A DNA stretch of 64,000 nucleotides, from assembly GCA_016217925.1 (NCBI GenBank), contig JACRFK010000009.1, forward strand, positions 33,191 to 97,190, written 5' to 3'. The number at the start of each line of letters is the position of its first letter. The stretch's first letter is position 1. The translations under genes were made by a program, and so were the position numbers. The DNA comes from Candidatus Kaiserbacteria bacterium. Its GTDB lineage: Bacteria; Patescibacteriota; Minisyncoccia; Phycocordibacterales; UBA2100. Under the pieces are notes generated by a model. That model saw only the letters and a list, made by a program, of their open reading frames with translations, was not told the origin of the DNA and searched no databases. Below, piece by piece: positions 17,197-26,108 of the stretch.

Positions 17197-17709
17197 ATGA
17201 GTGGAGGTTCGCGCGTAGGCCTTGTTGTCGCGATAGGGCTTTTTGTATTGTCGGAGGTCATTTTGTACCAAATGCAAGGCATATCGTTTACTTCCGCACT
17301 ACTTGGGGGTAGCTCGATGCCCATTGTTGTGTTCGTTAGCGGCTGCATCATCGGCATGGCTTGGGATTACCTTGGACTCTTGGCGCTCCGTTGGTGGCGC
17401 TATCCTCCGGCAGAACGGCATCCATGGCTCTTGATTATTCTCCCGCTCTTTTGGGGCATTTTTATGTTTATCATGCAGGACGCCTACGCCGTTGCCCGCC
17501 TATCGGGACTCGGGACAATTCCGGCGGTGCTCATTTCGACGATCGTGCTCGGAATCATCATGGAGGGCGCCAACCTCTATACCCGTTCCTGGGTCTACCT
17601 AGGCGCGGCGACATCGATCCCATTTCTTATCCTCGGTTGGATCGTCGGGCTCGGGTTTACCTACGTCGTAGGATTCAACGCTTTTATCCTAAATCCGTTT
17701 AGTTTATAA
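17197..17709 (+). CDS. Hypothetical polytopic membrane protein
   Basis: 170 aa with 5-6 hydrophobic helices. No recognisable family. Confidence 0.5.
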   Translation: MSGGSRVGLVVAIGLFVLSEVILYQMQGISFTSALLGGSSMPIVVFVSGCIIGMAWDYLGLLALRWWRYPPAERHPWLLIILPLFWGIFMFIMQDAYAVARLSGLGTIPAVLISTIVLGIIMEGANLYTRSWVYLGAATSIPFLILGWIVGLGFTYVVGFNAFILNPFSL

Positions 17710-17722
17710 AATAATCACACAG

Positions 17723-18031
17723 ATGAACTCCATGGACCCGAATCAAGTGAAATTGGATGAATTGCTGCGCCTCACGAAGGAGAATAATCACATGCTCCAC
17801 AAAATGCGGCGCAACGCCTTTTGGGGCGGGATCATCAAGATCCTTCTCTACGCTGCACTCTTCGTGGCACTGCCGTTCTGGCTCTACGTGACCTACCTTG
17901 CGCCTGTATTGGAAAGCACAATGCAAACGATGAACCAGATACAAGGCACGGGGGCAAGAGCACAGGCACAATTCGGCAGTTTCCAGGAGATGTTGCAGCA
18001 ATTACAACAAAAGTTTCCTTCAGCGCAGTAG
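17723..18031 (+). CDS. Hypothetical small membrane protein
   Basis: 102 aa with a single central TM helix (IIKILLYAALFVALPFWLYVTYLAPVL). Gln-rich C-terminus. Confidence 0.45.
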   Translation: MNSMDPNQVKLDELLRLTKENNHMLHKMRRNAFWGGIIKILLYAALFVALPFWLYVTYLAPVLESTMQTMNQIQGTGARAQAQFGSFQEMLQQLQQKFPSAQ

Positions 18032-18082
18032 TAGCCCCGACGTAAAGTCGGGGTCCCGACCGAAGGCGTCGGGAAAAAGAGA
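18031..18082 (+). repeat. Double-hairpin element, copy 1
   Basis: gtagccccgacg-taaag-tcgggg then tcccgac-cgaagg-cgtcggga: two adjacent GC-rich hairpins. Confidence 0.55.
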
Positions 18083-18147
18083 AGACCAGAAGAATGGACC
18101 ACGTTGAGAAAATGTTTGATGACGGGTATATTAGAGTACTGCTTGGG

Positions 18148-18200
18148 TAGCCCCGACGCACAGAGTGGTCGGGGTCCCGACTGAAACGTCGGGACTCAGA
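18148..18200 (+). repeat. Double-hairpin element, copy 2
   Basis: gtagccccgacg-cacagagtgg-tcgggg then tcccgac-tgaaa-cgtcggga. Same stems as copy 1 with different loops, so the structure is conserved. Confidence 0.55.
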
Positions 18201-18218
18201 AGCAGGAAGTTGGAAAAT

Positions 18219-18291
18219 GCTTGGGTAGCTCAGTTGGTAGAGCATTCCCCTGAAGAGGGAAGGGTCGCCGGTTCGATCCCGGCCCCAAGCA
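18219..18291 (+). tRNA. tRNA-Phe (anticodon GAA)
   Basis: Acceptor GCTTGGG/CCCAAGC. D-arm GCTC-AGTTGGTA-GAGC. Anticodon stem TTCCC/GGGAA with loop CTGAAGA. T-arm GCCGG-TTCGATC-CCGGC. Discriminator A. Confidence 0.85.
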
Positions 18292-18399
18292 CAAAACGAG
18301 AAGCGAGTTTTTGGCATTGGGGCCGGGATGGGGAAGGGGTCGGGAAACGCGAGTTTCCCGTGGAGGAAGGAATGGGAAAACCGAGGGTTTCCCAGTACC

Positions 18400-18416
18400 C
18401 ATGCCCCAAGCACAAA
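18400..18416 (+). repeat. Direct repeat of the tRNA-Phe 3' end (att-like duplicate)
   Basis: gccccaagcacaaaac at the tRNA 3' end (18283-18298) recurs as tgccccaagcacaaaacag ~100 nt downstream. Confidence 0.5.
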
Positions 18417-18508
18417 ACAGAAACAGTGCGGCCCACCTACTCGCGAAGAGTGGCGGGCCGCAGAGCGGTAAGCTCTGGATGTCAGAAGAACAGGCTAGAT
18501 TCGGTACG

Positions 18509-19222
18509 TCAGCGTGCCCAGAAGCGGAGTTGCTGTTTGTGATAGATACCGGCCGAAATCGCTGCCAACACAAAAGCAATCCACAAGAATAGTCCACCAC
18601 AGCTCGCGATGAACCGGAGCAGAGATAGACTGCCGACGTTGAACCAGGGCGTAACGCTTGGGTCGAGGAACGCAGCGAACAAGAGCGCCCCGACGCCAAT
18701 GTTAAGTGGCCATTGCTTTGCTTTGGCGAACTGGTTCGGCTGCATTTTCTTATTATCGCGTGCGCGTTGATAGCTTGTATCAACATCGTAGGCCACTATC
18801 CCAGCGATTGGGATTGCCAGCCACAACTCGGCGCCATAGAGGTGCAACAGAACAGAAAAAGCGCTCCAAGCGATGGCCTTGTCGGCGAGCGGGTCGATGA
18901 AGCGACCGAATGCAGTTTCTCGACCGTCGAACTTTCGCGCCACAGGACCATCAGCGGCATCAAGCAGAGCCGCAATGATGAGCGAGGCAAGGGCTATCCA
19001 CACCGCCCAATGGAACAGGGGGAGAAAGTCGTGCTTGGGCGAATACGGCCAATAAAAGCCGAGCGTCCCCCAGAATCCCAAGCGCAAGCGTGCCATGGTG
19101 ATGTTGTTGGCGACGCTCTCTTCCCATGGCGGCGCTTTGATTAGGCGCAGAATTACTGATTCGAACGATCCCGGCCGTGCACCCAGAAACTGGAATCCAG
19201 TCTTTGCAAGATCCGTCGGCAT
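18509..19222 (-). CDS. CDP-alcohol phosphatidyltransferase (PgsA-like)
   Basis: DAADGPVARKFDGRETAFGRFIDPLADK matches the D-G-x2-A-R-x8-G-x3-D-x3-D signature. Multiple TM helices. Confidence 0.75.
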   Translation of the reverse strand: MPTDLAKTGFQFLGARPGSFESVILRLIKAPPWEESVANNITMARLRLGFWGTLGFYWPYSPKHDFLPLFHWAVWIALASLIIAALLDAADGPVARKFDGRETAFGRFIDPLADKAIAWSAFSVLLHLYGAELWLAIPIAGIVAYDVDTSYQRARDNKKMQPNQFAKAKQWPLNIGVGALLFAAFLDPSVTPWFNVGSLSLLRFIASCGGLFLWIAFVLAAISAGIYHKQQLRFWAR

Positions 19223-19303
19223 GTCTCTCTCCCGGGTTTCTATGATTGCGGATGATTCCGCCTGCGAATAAGACTAGCTGGGGCTCGACGGGTGGTCAAG
19301 CAA

Positions 19304-19879
19304 CTAGAGCCCGAGCGTGTACGTCATCGCGCCGCCGCTCTTTGAGAGCCACTTTGAAGTATTGAGTTTTATCTCGCGGGCACGCCCCAGCTCCTGATAC
19401 TTCACAGAGCCTTTGGCGAGTGCGTAATCGAATATTTTCTTAGTTATCTCCACGTCCTTGAGGCAGTACGAGCGGACTTTTTCTATCTCGCCCGCGCGCC
19501 ACCACTGAAGCGACTGTGCGCCCGAGGCGCTTTTCTTTTCGCCGAGCGTTCCTTCCGCAATCGAATCGAGCTTGAGCCTGCGCCCTACTGCTTGGTATAC
19601 CTCTTGCATAAGGTCGAGGCTTTTTATTCTCGTGAGGTCGCCGGGGTAGTATTTGTTCAAGAGGGGAATATCAAAGTGATTGGAATTGTACCCGACGAGC
19701 ACATCAGTGCGCTCCAGTATCGGCCACATCTGCGGAAGCTCGTGTTCCAAATAGCTGGAATACGTGTCGGTCTCCGAATCATGAATGCAGACTATCGCTA
19801 TCGTAAGATCGGCCGGGTCGGAGGAGCCGATGTCCGACATCCAATTCGCCGTCTCGATATCAAACGTTACCACTCGCAT
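19304..19879 (-). CDS. 3'-5' exonuclease, RNase H-like/DEDD superfamily (YprB-like)
   Basis: VVTFDIETANW (Exo I motif). YNSNHFDIPLL (Exo II). SYCLKDVEI (Exo III). Confidence 0.7.
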   Translation of the reverse strand: MRVVTFDIETANWMSDIGSSDPADLTIAIVCIHDSETDTYSSYLEHELPQMWPILERTDVLVGYNSNHFDIPLLNKYYPGDLTRIKSLDLMQEVYQAVGRRLKLDSIAEGTLGEKKSASGAQSLQWWRAGEIEKVRSYCLKDVEITKKIFDYALAKGSVKYQELGRAREIKLNTSKWLSKSGGAMTYTLGL

Positions 19880-19901
19880 GGCGGGAGTATATCATTCTCA
19901 C

Positions 19902-21167
19902 TTACGGCTTGTATTTGTATGCGTGCTGGTTCAAGTGGTATACGGTACTCGGCCAGCGGTCAAGCGGCATGTCGGTGAGAAGAGCGACGGCCTTGTCGGC
20001 ATCGTATTTACCCGCGGTGCGCAGGTCGTTAAATGCTTTCAGAGCATCTGTAATAATGCGGTCGTACTCTCCGACGAGAATTTCGTGAGCAAGCTCAGCA
20101 TAATCGGGGTCTTTATAGTACTCGTCGCGTTTCGATACTAGATAGTCATAGGGGCCACCGTCCTTACTGTAGAACCGGTTGAAGTATTGCGATTTCTTAT
20201 CTTTTAACATGGCCGTCAGCTCGTCCTTGACCTCATCGAGCGCTTGGTCGCGAACGGCCCTTAGTTCTTCAACACGCAGCCCTGAGCGGACGACCGAATC
20301 AGGTTCGTTGCGGACGCGGGTCTGGATGATGGACGCATTTGTTGCCAGAGTTTTCGGAAGGTCAAAGAACTTCCGGAAGACTTGATTACGAACGTGCTGT
20401 TGTTCGTGTGTGTAAGCGTTCTCAAGGTCGGCGATGTTGTTTACTGCAACGGTAAAACAGATGTTGTTTTCCGGATTGCGTGCCTGAAAAGCTTGAGTTT
20501 CACTACCCATTTTTTGCGCCGTACCGTCTATCAGCAGTTTGCCGTCTTCAGAGTAGAGGCGTTCCGCTGTCGCGCGGTCCGTCTGGATATCAATGCTGAG
20601 CGGTCCCTCCGTCACCCGGATATCTGCAGGGTTCACGGGCACGCCCGTAACTTCGCGCACGAGCGTCGCGTTGTCCGGGTACTTTAGGCGGAACGCCTTC
20701 ACAGCCTTATGTTGGTCTGCGTACTCACCTATAAGGTCGTACAGTGTTCCTTTTGCAAAGTCGGAGAAACCATAGCGGTTGGCGAAAAAATCGCCTATCT
20801 GTATGAGCCCCGCTCCCTTCGTATCGGGGTCGTATTGGATCGCGCGTTCGATAAACGAGCGGCATTGTGCGTACGCATGACGCTGTCGCACGAGCTTGTC
20901 TTTGAAAACTTCAAGCGCGGTCTCTTTTTTCCCGTGCGGGAGAGACGTGATTTTCTTGAGCTCAACTTCTGCGTCGAATACCTCCCCGAAAGGAGGATTA
21001 TCAACAGTCGAAAGCAGCATTTCACATTCAATCACTTGCCGGAAGTCTTGTGGGCTGAGTTCACTGTCTTCCCCCTTCGCGCGAAGCTCGGCGTAGCGGT
21101 CCCATGGCTCCCGTGACAACTCGCGTGGGCGCTCATCCCGCGGTTTTTGCCGCAGCATCTCATCCAT
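19902..21167 (-). CDS. Hypothetical cytoplasmic protein (421 aa)
   Basis: Long ORF, charged and Tyr-rich, with no TM segments. No family recognised. Confidence 0.45.
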   Translation of the reverse strand: MDEMLRQKPRDERPRELSREPWDRYAELRAKGEDSELSPQDFRQVIECEMLLSTVDNPPFGEVFDAEVELKKITSLPHGKKETALEVFKDKLVRQRHAYAQCRSFIERAIQYDPDTKGAGLIQIGDFFANRYGFSDFAKGTLYDLIGEYADQHKAVKAFRLKYPDNATLVREVTGVPVNPADIRVTEGPLSIDIQTDRATAERLYSEDGKLLIDGTAQKMGSETQAFQARNPENNICFTVAVNNIADLENAYTHEQQHVRNQVFRKFFDLPKTLATNASIIQTRVRNEPDSVVRSGLRVEELRAVRDQALDEVKDELTAMLKDKKSQYFNRFYSKDGGPYDYLVSKRDEYYKDPDYAELAHEILVGEYDRIITDALKAFNDLRTAGKYDADKAVALLTDMPLDRWPSTVYHLNQHAYKYKP

Positions 21168-21168
21168 A

Positions 21169-22500
21169 CTATCCGAGCGAGCTGAACAAGTGTTCTGCGA
21201 TGCGGTCGGCGGGGAGTGTGATCTCGGCTCCCGTAGAGAGATTTTTCACGGTGTAGCGCCCTGAATCACGTTCTTTTGCGCCTACTGCGATGACGAACGG
21301 TATTTTCATTTTGTCTGCACTGCGTACCTGATCTCCGATGCGCTTCCCGGAGAAGTTGACAGCCACCGCCACGTCCTCACGCCGGAGACCCTGAGCGAGC
21401 TGCACCGCATGTGACGTGGCGTCAGGTTCTACGATGCATATCATAAGCTCGGTTGAGGGTGTGTACGTCGGCAGGAGATTGTGCGCCTCAAGGAAATCGC
21501 GCGCCGTTACATCGCCCATTCCGAATCCGACGGCAGGAATCGGCTCTGCGCCGAAGAGCGAGAGAAGATTGTCGTAACGGCCACCGCCAAAGAGCGACCT
21601 GCGATTGTTCGGATCGGTGTCGAATACTTCGAACACCATACCGGTATAGTAATCAAAACCACGTGTGATGGATGTGTCTACGATCATGTTCCGCACCCCC
21701 ATGTGTTCAAGCGCTACGCGCAGTTCCTCGAGATAGGCGGTCGAGGTGATGTTCTCGAGTTCTTCTATCAGTTTTACCGCTTTTTCTTCGTGTGCGATGA
21801 GCGCCGTCAATTCTTTCTCGAAATCGTCTATCTTGGCGCGTCGGTCGAGAAGTCGGGTGACGTTGCCAGTGTATTCCTTTGCGATGCCGACGGAGTGATA
21901 AATGGCGTCGAGTATCCGCCGGTCGGACACACGTATCTCAAAATTACGTTCATCGGCTCCCAGTGAGCGCATGATACTATGCGCGACCGCGATTATCTCT
22001 GCGTCAGCCTCGACGCCTTCCACACCGACGATGTCGGCGTTCAGCTGCCAGTGCTCTCGCAGGCGGCCTTTCTGCGGCCGCTCGTAGCGGAACACGTTGG
22101 GGATCGAGTACCAGCGTGCCGGCAGAGGAATATCGCGCTGCCGCGCCGCTATCATTCGGGCGAGTGTCGGTGTCATCTCAGGTCGCAGTGTTACATCGCG
22201 TCCGCCGCGGTCTGCGAAGGTGTACGTTTGCTCGTTCACTATCTCTTCGGAAGTCTTCGATCGGTAGAGTTCGGCTGGCTCCAGTATCGACGCGCTGTAT
22301 TCCTCAAAGCCAAAAAGCTCGCACACACGCTCCATGTGTTCGAACAAATACCGTTGGATGAACTGGTCTTCGGGGTAGAAATCGCGGACACCCTTGTAGC
22401 TTTCGGTGGAGAGCCTCGCCCGTCGGCCGCTGTCCGACGAGTCTACGGCCGAGGGCTTTTCGCGTTTGGTCATCGGTCCATTATGCATCAAAAAAGCCAC
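21169..22500 (-). CDS. hisS: Histidine--tRNA ligase
   Basis: KGVRDFYPED N-terminal signature. TLRPEMTPTLARM (motif 2 region). Class II aaRS core plus C-terminal anticodon-binding domain. Has an N-terminal extension of ~35 aa. Confidence 0.85.
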   Translation of the reverse strand: MAFLMHNGPMTKREKPSAVDSSDSGRRARLSTESYKGVRDFYPEDQFIQRYLFEHMERVCELFGFEEYSASILEPAELYRSKTSEEIVNEQTYTFADRGGRDVTLRPEMTPTLARMIAARQRDIPLPARWYSIPNVFRYERPQKGRLREHWQLNADIVGVEGVEADAEIIAVAHSIMRSLGADERNFEIRVSDRRILDAIYHSVGIAKEYTGNVTRLLDRRAKIDDFEKELTALIAHEEKAVKLIEELENITSTAYLEELRVALEHMGVRNMIVDTSITRGFDYYTGMVFEVFDTDPNNRRSLFGGGRYDNLLSLFGAEPIPAVGFGMGDVTARDFLEAHNLLPTYTPSTELMICIVEPDATSHAVQLAQGLRREDVAVAVNFSGKRIGDQVRSADKMKIPFVIAVGAKERDSGRYTVKNLSTGAEITLPADRIAEHLFSSLG

Positions 22501-22536
22501 AACGAAAACGACTCCGTGGTATACTCGCCGCCATGA

Positions 22537-22652
22537 ACCCCGTTAGAAATCGCGGACGCGCAGACCCTGTATATGCCATTACGTTTGGTTTTATCGGCAC
22601 TAGTCGAATAGAGTGCGGCATCGAACTTGTCCGCGTCCTATTTCTAACGGGG
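22537..22652. promoter_or_regulatory. Long-range inverted repeat in the hisS/SET divergent intergenic region
   Basis: accccgttagaaatcgcggacgcg (22537-22560) pairs with cgcgtcctatttctaacgggg (22632-22652), i.e. ~21-nt arms separated by ~70 nt. It overlaps the annotated 5' end of the SET ORF. Confidence 0.4.
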
Positions 22653-23053
22653 TGAAAACGATAGATACCCGTTTCGAGATACGCACATCTAAACCCGGGA
22701 CAGGACAAGGGCTATTTGCTGTTGTCGCCATCAAAAAGGGTGAATTCATTCTCGAATATATCGGGCGCAAGATACCAACGGCCATCGCAGACAGCATGAA
22801 GGAGGCGCGGTATCTTTTCGAAATAGACGAGGATTGGACGATCGACGGTTCTGGGAGTTCGAACACCGCGCGATACATTAATCATTCGTGCGATCCGAAC
22901 ACAGAGGCCGAGATAGATGAAGGTCGTATCATGATACATGCGGTTCGGGATATAAAAAAAGGAGAGGAGCTGACGATCGATTATGACACCGAGTATTTCG
23001 ATGAGTTCATCCGGCCGGCCGGATGCAAATGTTCAGCGGGGGTACACCACTAG
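22613..23053 (+). CDS. SET-domain protein (putative protein-lysine N-methyltransferase)
   Basis: GQGLFAVVAIKKGEFILEYIG... ARYINHSCDPNTEAEI ... ELTIDYD ... post-SET Cys pair CKCSAG. A GTG start at 22652 is equally plausible. Confidence 0.75.
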   Translation: MRHRTCPRPISNGVKTIDTRFEIRTSKPGTGQGLFAVVAIKKGEFILEYIGRKIPTAIADSMKEARYLFEIDEDWTIDGSGSSNTARYINHSCDPNTEAEIDEGRIMIHAVRDIKKGEELTIDYDTEYFDEFIRPAGCKCSAGVHH

Positions 23054-23133
23054 TGAAATATAACTACCCGCGGTCAATTTTTTGGAAAAATTGCCCGTGA
23101 TTTTAAAGATTCCATTGGATGCAACCTTTAAAA

Positions 23134-23649
23134 TCATGCGCTGCCGATAAAGATGCCGGTCATAAAGACGAGCGCGCCGCCGAAGACGACTTGCGCTATC
23201 GAGGACCAGAAACCCAATTTAAAATAACGGTAACGGATGTAGCCGATGGCAATGAGCTCGAGTCCGACGATAAGGTACGCAAGATACAGCGCCGTTGTGA
23301 GGTCAGACAGAAGAAAGGGAAGCGTGTGGAAAATGCCGCCGATAAAAGTCGCGAAGCCTACAATTGAGCCACGAATGGCGGGATGACCGCGGCCGGTATG
23401 CTCGCCTGTATCCGAGAGGCCCTCAGCGAATGCCATTGAGATAGCGGCGCCGATAGCGGCGGCGGTACCGACGAGGAAAGCGATATGAGGGCTATTGCTC
23501 GCAAATGCAGCGGCAAAAAGCGGCGCGAGCGTCGAGATGGAGCCGTCTATAAGTCCTACCAGCGATGGCTGGACGACTTTAAGCAAAAACGCGCGGTCGA
23601 CATCCTCAACATGTAGCGCCTTCTCGACTTCGAGCACGGGATTTGACAT
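23134..23649 (-). CDS. VIT1/CCC1-family membrane protein (putative Fe/Mn transporter)
   Basis: 171 aa. N-terminal cytoplasmic segment then ~5 TM helices with Gly/Ala-rich helices (LVGTAAAIGAAISMAFAEGLSD) typical of the VIT family. Confidence 0.55.
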   Translation of the reverse strand: MSNPVLEVEKALHVEDVDRAFLLKVVQPSLVGLIDGSISTLAPLFAAAFASNSPHIAFLVGTAAAIGAAISMAFAEGLSDTGEHTGRGHPAIRGSIVGFATFIGGIFHTLPFLLSDLTTALYLAYLIVGLELIAIGYIRYRYFKLGFWSSIAQVVFGGALVFMTGIFIGSA

Positions 23650-23676
23650 CGCACCATTCTACCAGATGCTCTGCGC

Positions 23677-24093
23677 TTGGCATTTCTGGTGGCTCGCAGT
23701 ATTATGGCAAGTATGAAAAGGGGAGTCCTCATCTTCTGGCTCGTCATCATCTTCCTTATCGTCGCGGGGGTCGGCATGTCCTTTTTCGTGCGCTCTTCTC
23801 CCGGCAAGCTCGACACCTTCGCACAGTGCCTAAAGGATAAAGGGGTCGTGTTCTATGGAGCGTTCTGGTGTCCGCATTGTCAGAACACGAAGAAGATGTT
23901 CGGTAGTTCTGCTCGGCTTTTGCCGTACGTCGAATGCTCGACTCCTGATGGCGGGGCACAGTTGCAAATCTGCAAAGACAAGGGCGTCCAAAGCTATCCG
24001 ACATGGACATTCCCGAATTCGACGACGACGCTTACGGGCGAGCGCACTCTACAAGAACTATCCACGGCAAGCGGATGTCCGCTTCCGGCGTAG
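23677..24093 (+). CDS. Membrane-anchored thioredoxin-like oxidoreductase (DsbA/BdbD-like)
   Basis: N-terminal TM anchor. FYGAFWCPHCQNTKKMF CxxC thioredoxin motif. Upstream of a DsbB-like gene. Confidence 0.65.
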   Translation: MAFLVARSIMASMKRGVLIFWLVIIFLIVAGVGMSFFVRSSPGKLDTFAQCLKDKGVVFYGAFWCPHCQNTKKMFGSSARLLPYVECSTPDGGAQLQICKDKGVQSYPTWTFPNSTTTLTGERTLQELSTASGCPLPA

Positions 24094-24106
24094 CCTTTGA
24101 TCCTGC

Positions 24107-24649
24107 ATGCCGGTCGAAACACTCAATTATCTTCTCGCGCTCGGGACCCTCGCAATGCAGGTCGCCGGGGCAGGATTCTTCGCACTGTATTTCTTGCAGA
24201 AGAAATTCACTGACCTGCAGGATATTGCCGCACTTTTGAGTCGGTGGGGTTTGTGGCTCGGATTTCTGCTTACGCTCGGGGTGACCGCGATGACGCTCTA
24301 CTACTCCGAAGTGCTCGGGTTCGCTCCATGCGGCTGGTGCTGGGTACAGCGCGTATTCTTATGGCCGCAAGCGCTCCTCTTTGGCGTTGCGCTCTATAAG
24401 CAGGAACGTTCTGTCGCGGACTTTTCGATCGCCTTTTCTATTTTTGGAGCGGCGGCCGCACTGTACCAGCATTATCTGCAAATGGGAGGCGGCGCACTTA
24501 TTCCGTGTCCGGCAAGCGGTGCAGGGGATTGTGCGCAGCGCATTCTCTTTGAATTCGGATACATCACCTTTCCGCTCATGTCCGCGACCCTCTTTTGCTT
24601 CCTCATCGTGTTGATGCTTTTTGTTCGTCGCTCTACCGCGAGCTCATAA
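24107..24649 (+). CDS. Disulfide bond formation protein B (DsbB/BdbC family)
   Basis: Four TM helices. First loop CGWC (APCGWCWVQR). Second loop Cys pair CPASGAGDC. Confidence 0.7.
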   Translation: MPVETLNYLLALGTLAMQVAGAGFFALYFLQKKFTDLQDIAALLSRWGLWLGFLLTLGVTAMTLYYSEVLGFAPCGWCWVQRVFLWPQALLFGVALYKQERSVADFSIAFSIFGAAAALYQHYLQMGGGALIPCPASGAGDCAQRILFEFGYITFPLMSATLFCFLIVLMLFVRRSTASS

Positions 24650-25693
24650 CACAGGTTCAATTCCGTGCCGCTTGAAGAAGCGGCCTTCGAGCGAATATCG
24701 GTCGTATCCGTGGAAGAAAAGCGCGATCCCGAGGCCAAAGAGTATCAGGTGTGGCCACACGGCCTCTTGGAAGTAGAGGAGTGAGAGCGTGAGCCAGAAA
24801 ACGAGGAATAGCGCCGTCCAGCGTATTTCAATGCCGAGCAGCATCATCAGGCCGGCCGCGGATTCAATAATAAGAGCGCCGAGGACTATGAAAAGCGGGT
24901 CGAATGGGAAGTATGTGGTGAGATGGTATTGCTGGACCACGTCGAGCGCAAGTTGGGTGTGGATAAATTTCGCGTACACAGCGGCGAATATCAGGCCGAA
25001 GCCGAAAAGGACGCGCATGACAGGGAATGCGAACGGGACAAAAGGTTGGAGGTATCTTCGCATGGGGTGGGGGAGGTATCCTCTGTGCAAGAAATTTTCA
25101 AGTGACCACGAGCCTGCCCCGAGGACAAGAAGAAGGAGGTAGCTGCCGAGATGGTCGGCGTAGGTGAGGACGTACCATCCGAGCGCGCTTGCGGCATAGG
25201 CATATACTGTAAGCGAAAGAATGGCGACGGTCCGGACATATATTCCTGCAATGGTCACCACACCGCCGAGGACGAATAGCGCCTGCATGACGACACCCCA
25301 AGACCCGAAGAGCCCCCCTGTATCTATCTCAGTGCCGTAGAGTTTCCCCGCAATGCCAAATGAGAGGAGACAGGCACCCACCGTCAACCTCACAAGCGGA
25401 TGCGCCCACTGCTTGAGAGAGAAGAGCAGCGGATCAGCCAGTCTTTCGAACACGCGGAATAGAGAGACGAAAAGAATGGTCAGGGTGGTGACAAAGACGA
25501 TGAATCCCCAGAAAAAGAAACTGAGTTCATTGCCGGAGTACGCCGTGAATGGATTCGGGGACGCCGTCGCCATGCCCGCGGCTACCGCACTCGGGTCAAG
25601 CACGTACACCTCGTGCGCGGATGCAATAGTGGGCAAAAGCAGCGGGAAACATACCCCGGCCATGCGCCCAAGTCCTATCAGCGCTCTATGCAT
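24644..25693 (-). CDS. Hypothetical polytopic membrane protein (349 aa)
   Basis: Signal peptide followed by ~9 TM helices. No CxxC. Family not recognised. Confidence 0.45.
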   Translation of the reverse strand: MHRALIGLGRMAGVCFPLLLPTIASAHEVYVLDPSAVAAGMATASPNPFTAYSGNELSFFFWGFIVFVTTLTILFVSLFRVFERLADPLLFSLKQWAHPLVRLTVGACLLSFGIAGKLYGTEIDTGGLFGSWGVVMQALFVLGGVVTIAGIYVRTVAILSLTVYAYAASALGWYVLTYADHLGSYLLLLVLGAGSWSLENFLHRGYLPHPMRRYLQPFVPFAFPVMRVLFGFGLIFAAVYAKFIHTQLALDVVQQYHLTTYFPFDPLFIVLGALIIESAAGLMMLLGIEIRWTALFLVFWLTLSLLYFQEAVWPHLILFGLGIALFFHGYDRYSLEGRFFKRHGIEPVL

Positions 25694-25834
25694 ATTCCAT
25701 CATATTGTGTTCTATTGTACCTCCGATTTTCCTGTAGCATTTTTGGGCACATCGTTGGCCAAACAACCCCCTCCCTGACTGCGCGGACCGGCGTGTGTCC
25801 GTTAAAAAAGCTCCACGAACCAGCGTTTTCTATA

Positions 25835-25863
25835 GGACATCTATCGGACAGTTGATGTCCGAT
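25835..25863. promoter_or_regulatory. Nested palindromes upstream of minus-strand gene 24644..25693
   Basis: ggacatc-tatcggacagtt-gatgtcc overlapping atcggaca-gttga-tgtccgat. No flanking T-run in the transcribed orientation, so operator-like rather than terminator. Confidence 0.35.
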
Positions 25864-26108
25864 AAAAATTCGCTTGGAATTGCTCATCATATTCCTGTGC
25901 TCGTGCGAAAAGTCTGAAAATCTCTCCCGACCTCGGACCGAATCCGTTCATAGCATCCACAGGTTGACGGAGTACACATATTGTCGTGCGTGCTATCCAC
26001 TCGTTGTCCACTTTTCTCAAGTTGACAACTTTTCGGACGTGCTACCGTTGAGATGGTACTGATCGTTATCAATTTATCCGATCCTAAAAGGATTCACATA
26101 CAGAGCTT

